64,000 nucleotides of DNA from Acidimicrobiales bacterium (GTDB lineage: Bacteria > Actinomycetota > Acidimicrobiia > Acidimicrobiales > Bin134). The notes under the pieces are model-generated. The model did not search any database. It saw only the letters and a program-made list of their open reading frames with translations, and was not told the DNA's origin. The translations under genes and the position numbers were made by a program. This document shows positions 63,619 to 64,000 of the stretch, piece by piece (the stretch's first letter is position 1; each line of letters begins with the position of its first letter). The stretch spans positions 1,541,295 through 1,605,294 of the forward strand of contig OY760141.1 in NCBI GenBank assembly GCA_963663255.1. The letters are read 5' to 3'.

Positions 63619-64000
63619 TCAGGGAATCACATTCTGGAGTTTGAGTTCGATGATCTGGTCGTAGTCGAGGCCCAGAATCCGCTGGAGGATCTCGTCGCCG
63701 TGCTCGTTGAATTCGGGGGCCCGGAGGGGCGTGGCCGGCTGGCCGCCAAATTGGACGGGAGGTGATACCAGAGTGAAGGGGAGGCCCTCGGCTGACTCGT
63801 AGTTCTGCACGTAGCCGTTGGCCACTGCCTGGGGGTCGACGGCTACCTCGAGGGTGTCCTGCACCACCGCCCATTGCCCGGAGAAGTGTTCCAGGGCCTC
63901 GCGCCACTCGGCCAAAGTGCGCTCGGCGAAGGCCTCGGCCAGCAGCTCCACCCCCGCTGCCGCGTTCTCGGTTATCGAGCCGGCGTCCGCGAACCGCTCG
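63619..64000 (-). CDS. Family III CoA-transferase (CaiB/BaiF), C-terminal part; gene continues beyond the window edge
   Basis: The frame stays open to position 64000 (...ERFADAGSITENAAAG-VELLAEAF...). The C-terminal PFTLVSPPVQFGGQPA...EFNEHGDEIL is typical of CaiB C-termini. Confidence 0.75.
   Translation of the reverse strand, partial: ERFADAGSITENAAAGVELLAEAFAERTLAEWREALEHFSGQWAVVQDTLEVAVDPQAVANGYVQNYESAEGLPFTLVSPPVQFGGQPATPLRAPEFNEHGDEILQRILGLDYDQIIELKLQNVIP

Noticed and set aside
1-64000. Whole-window scan for rRNA, tRNA, CRISPR arrays, transposases, integrases and phage genes
   Set aside because: I found nothing recognisable by eye. Small non-coding RNAs cannot be excluded without covariance-model searches.

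Overview
This is a high-GC bacterial chromosome segment with strong GC3 bias. Spot counts of single 60-nt lines range from about 55% to 73% GC. It looks Actinomycetota-like: LLM/F420-type oxidoreductases, many CaiB, acyl-CoA dehydrogenase, crotonase, SDR and P450 paralogues, ATGA-coupled operons, and 18-20 bp divergent spacers suggesting leaderless mRNAs. I can support about 50 protein-coding genes. I recognised no rRNA, tRNA, CRISPR array, transposase or integrase. Most of the window is catabolic. It holds CoA-transferase/enoyl-CoA hydratase modules, a seven-gene Rieske oxygenase/heteromeric ACAD/acyl-CoA ligase operon, and two convergent P450s. It also holds a GH2 + GMC + Gfo/Idh/MocA sugar-oxidation group, and an operon with two dimethylglycine-dehydrogenase-like genes plus a non-pyrrolysine MttB-family methyltransferase. 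The most unusual items are as follows. (1) A Liv/HAAT-type ABC importer is compressed into three genes: the LivF-type ATPase is fused to a complete 12-TM MFS permease domain, and LivH, LivM and LivG are fused into one 939-aa protein. This importer lies in a lower-GC block at about 18.6-30.3 kb. (2) The MttB/DMGDH operon has no corrinoid partner in the window. (3) A wHTH-nucleotidyltransferase/HEPN toxin-antitoxin-like pair is wedged between two metabolic operons, with a perfect 10-bp-arm inverted repeat at its start. (4) A family III CoA-transferase is a covalently fused tandem. All functional calls come from reading motifs in the supplied translations. No HMM or database search was possible. 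Start codons are often uncertain because high-GC DNA creates long upstream extensions and long antisense shadow ORFs.
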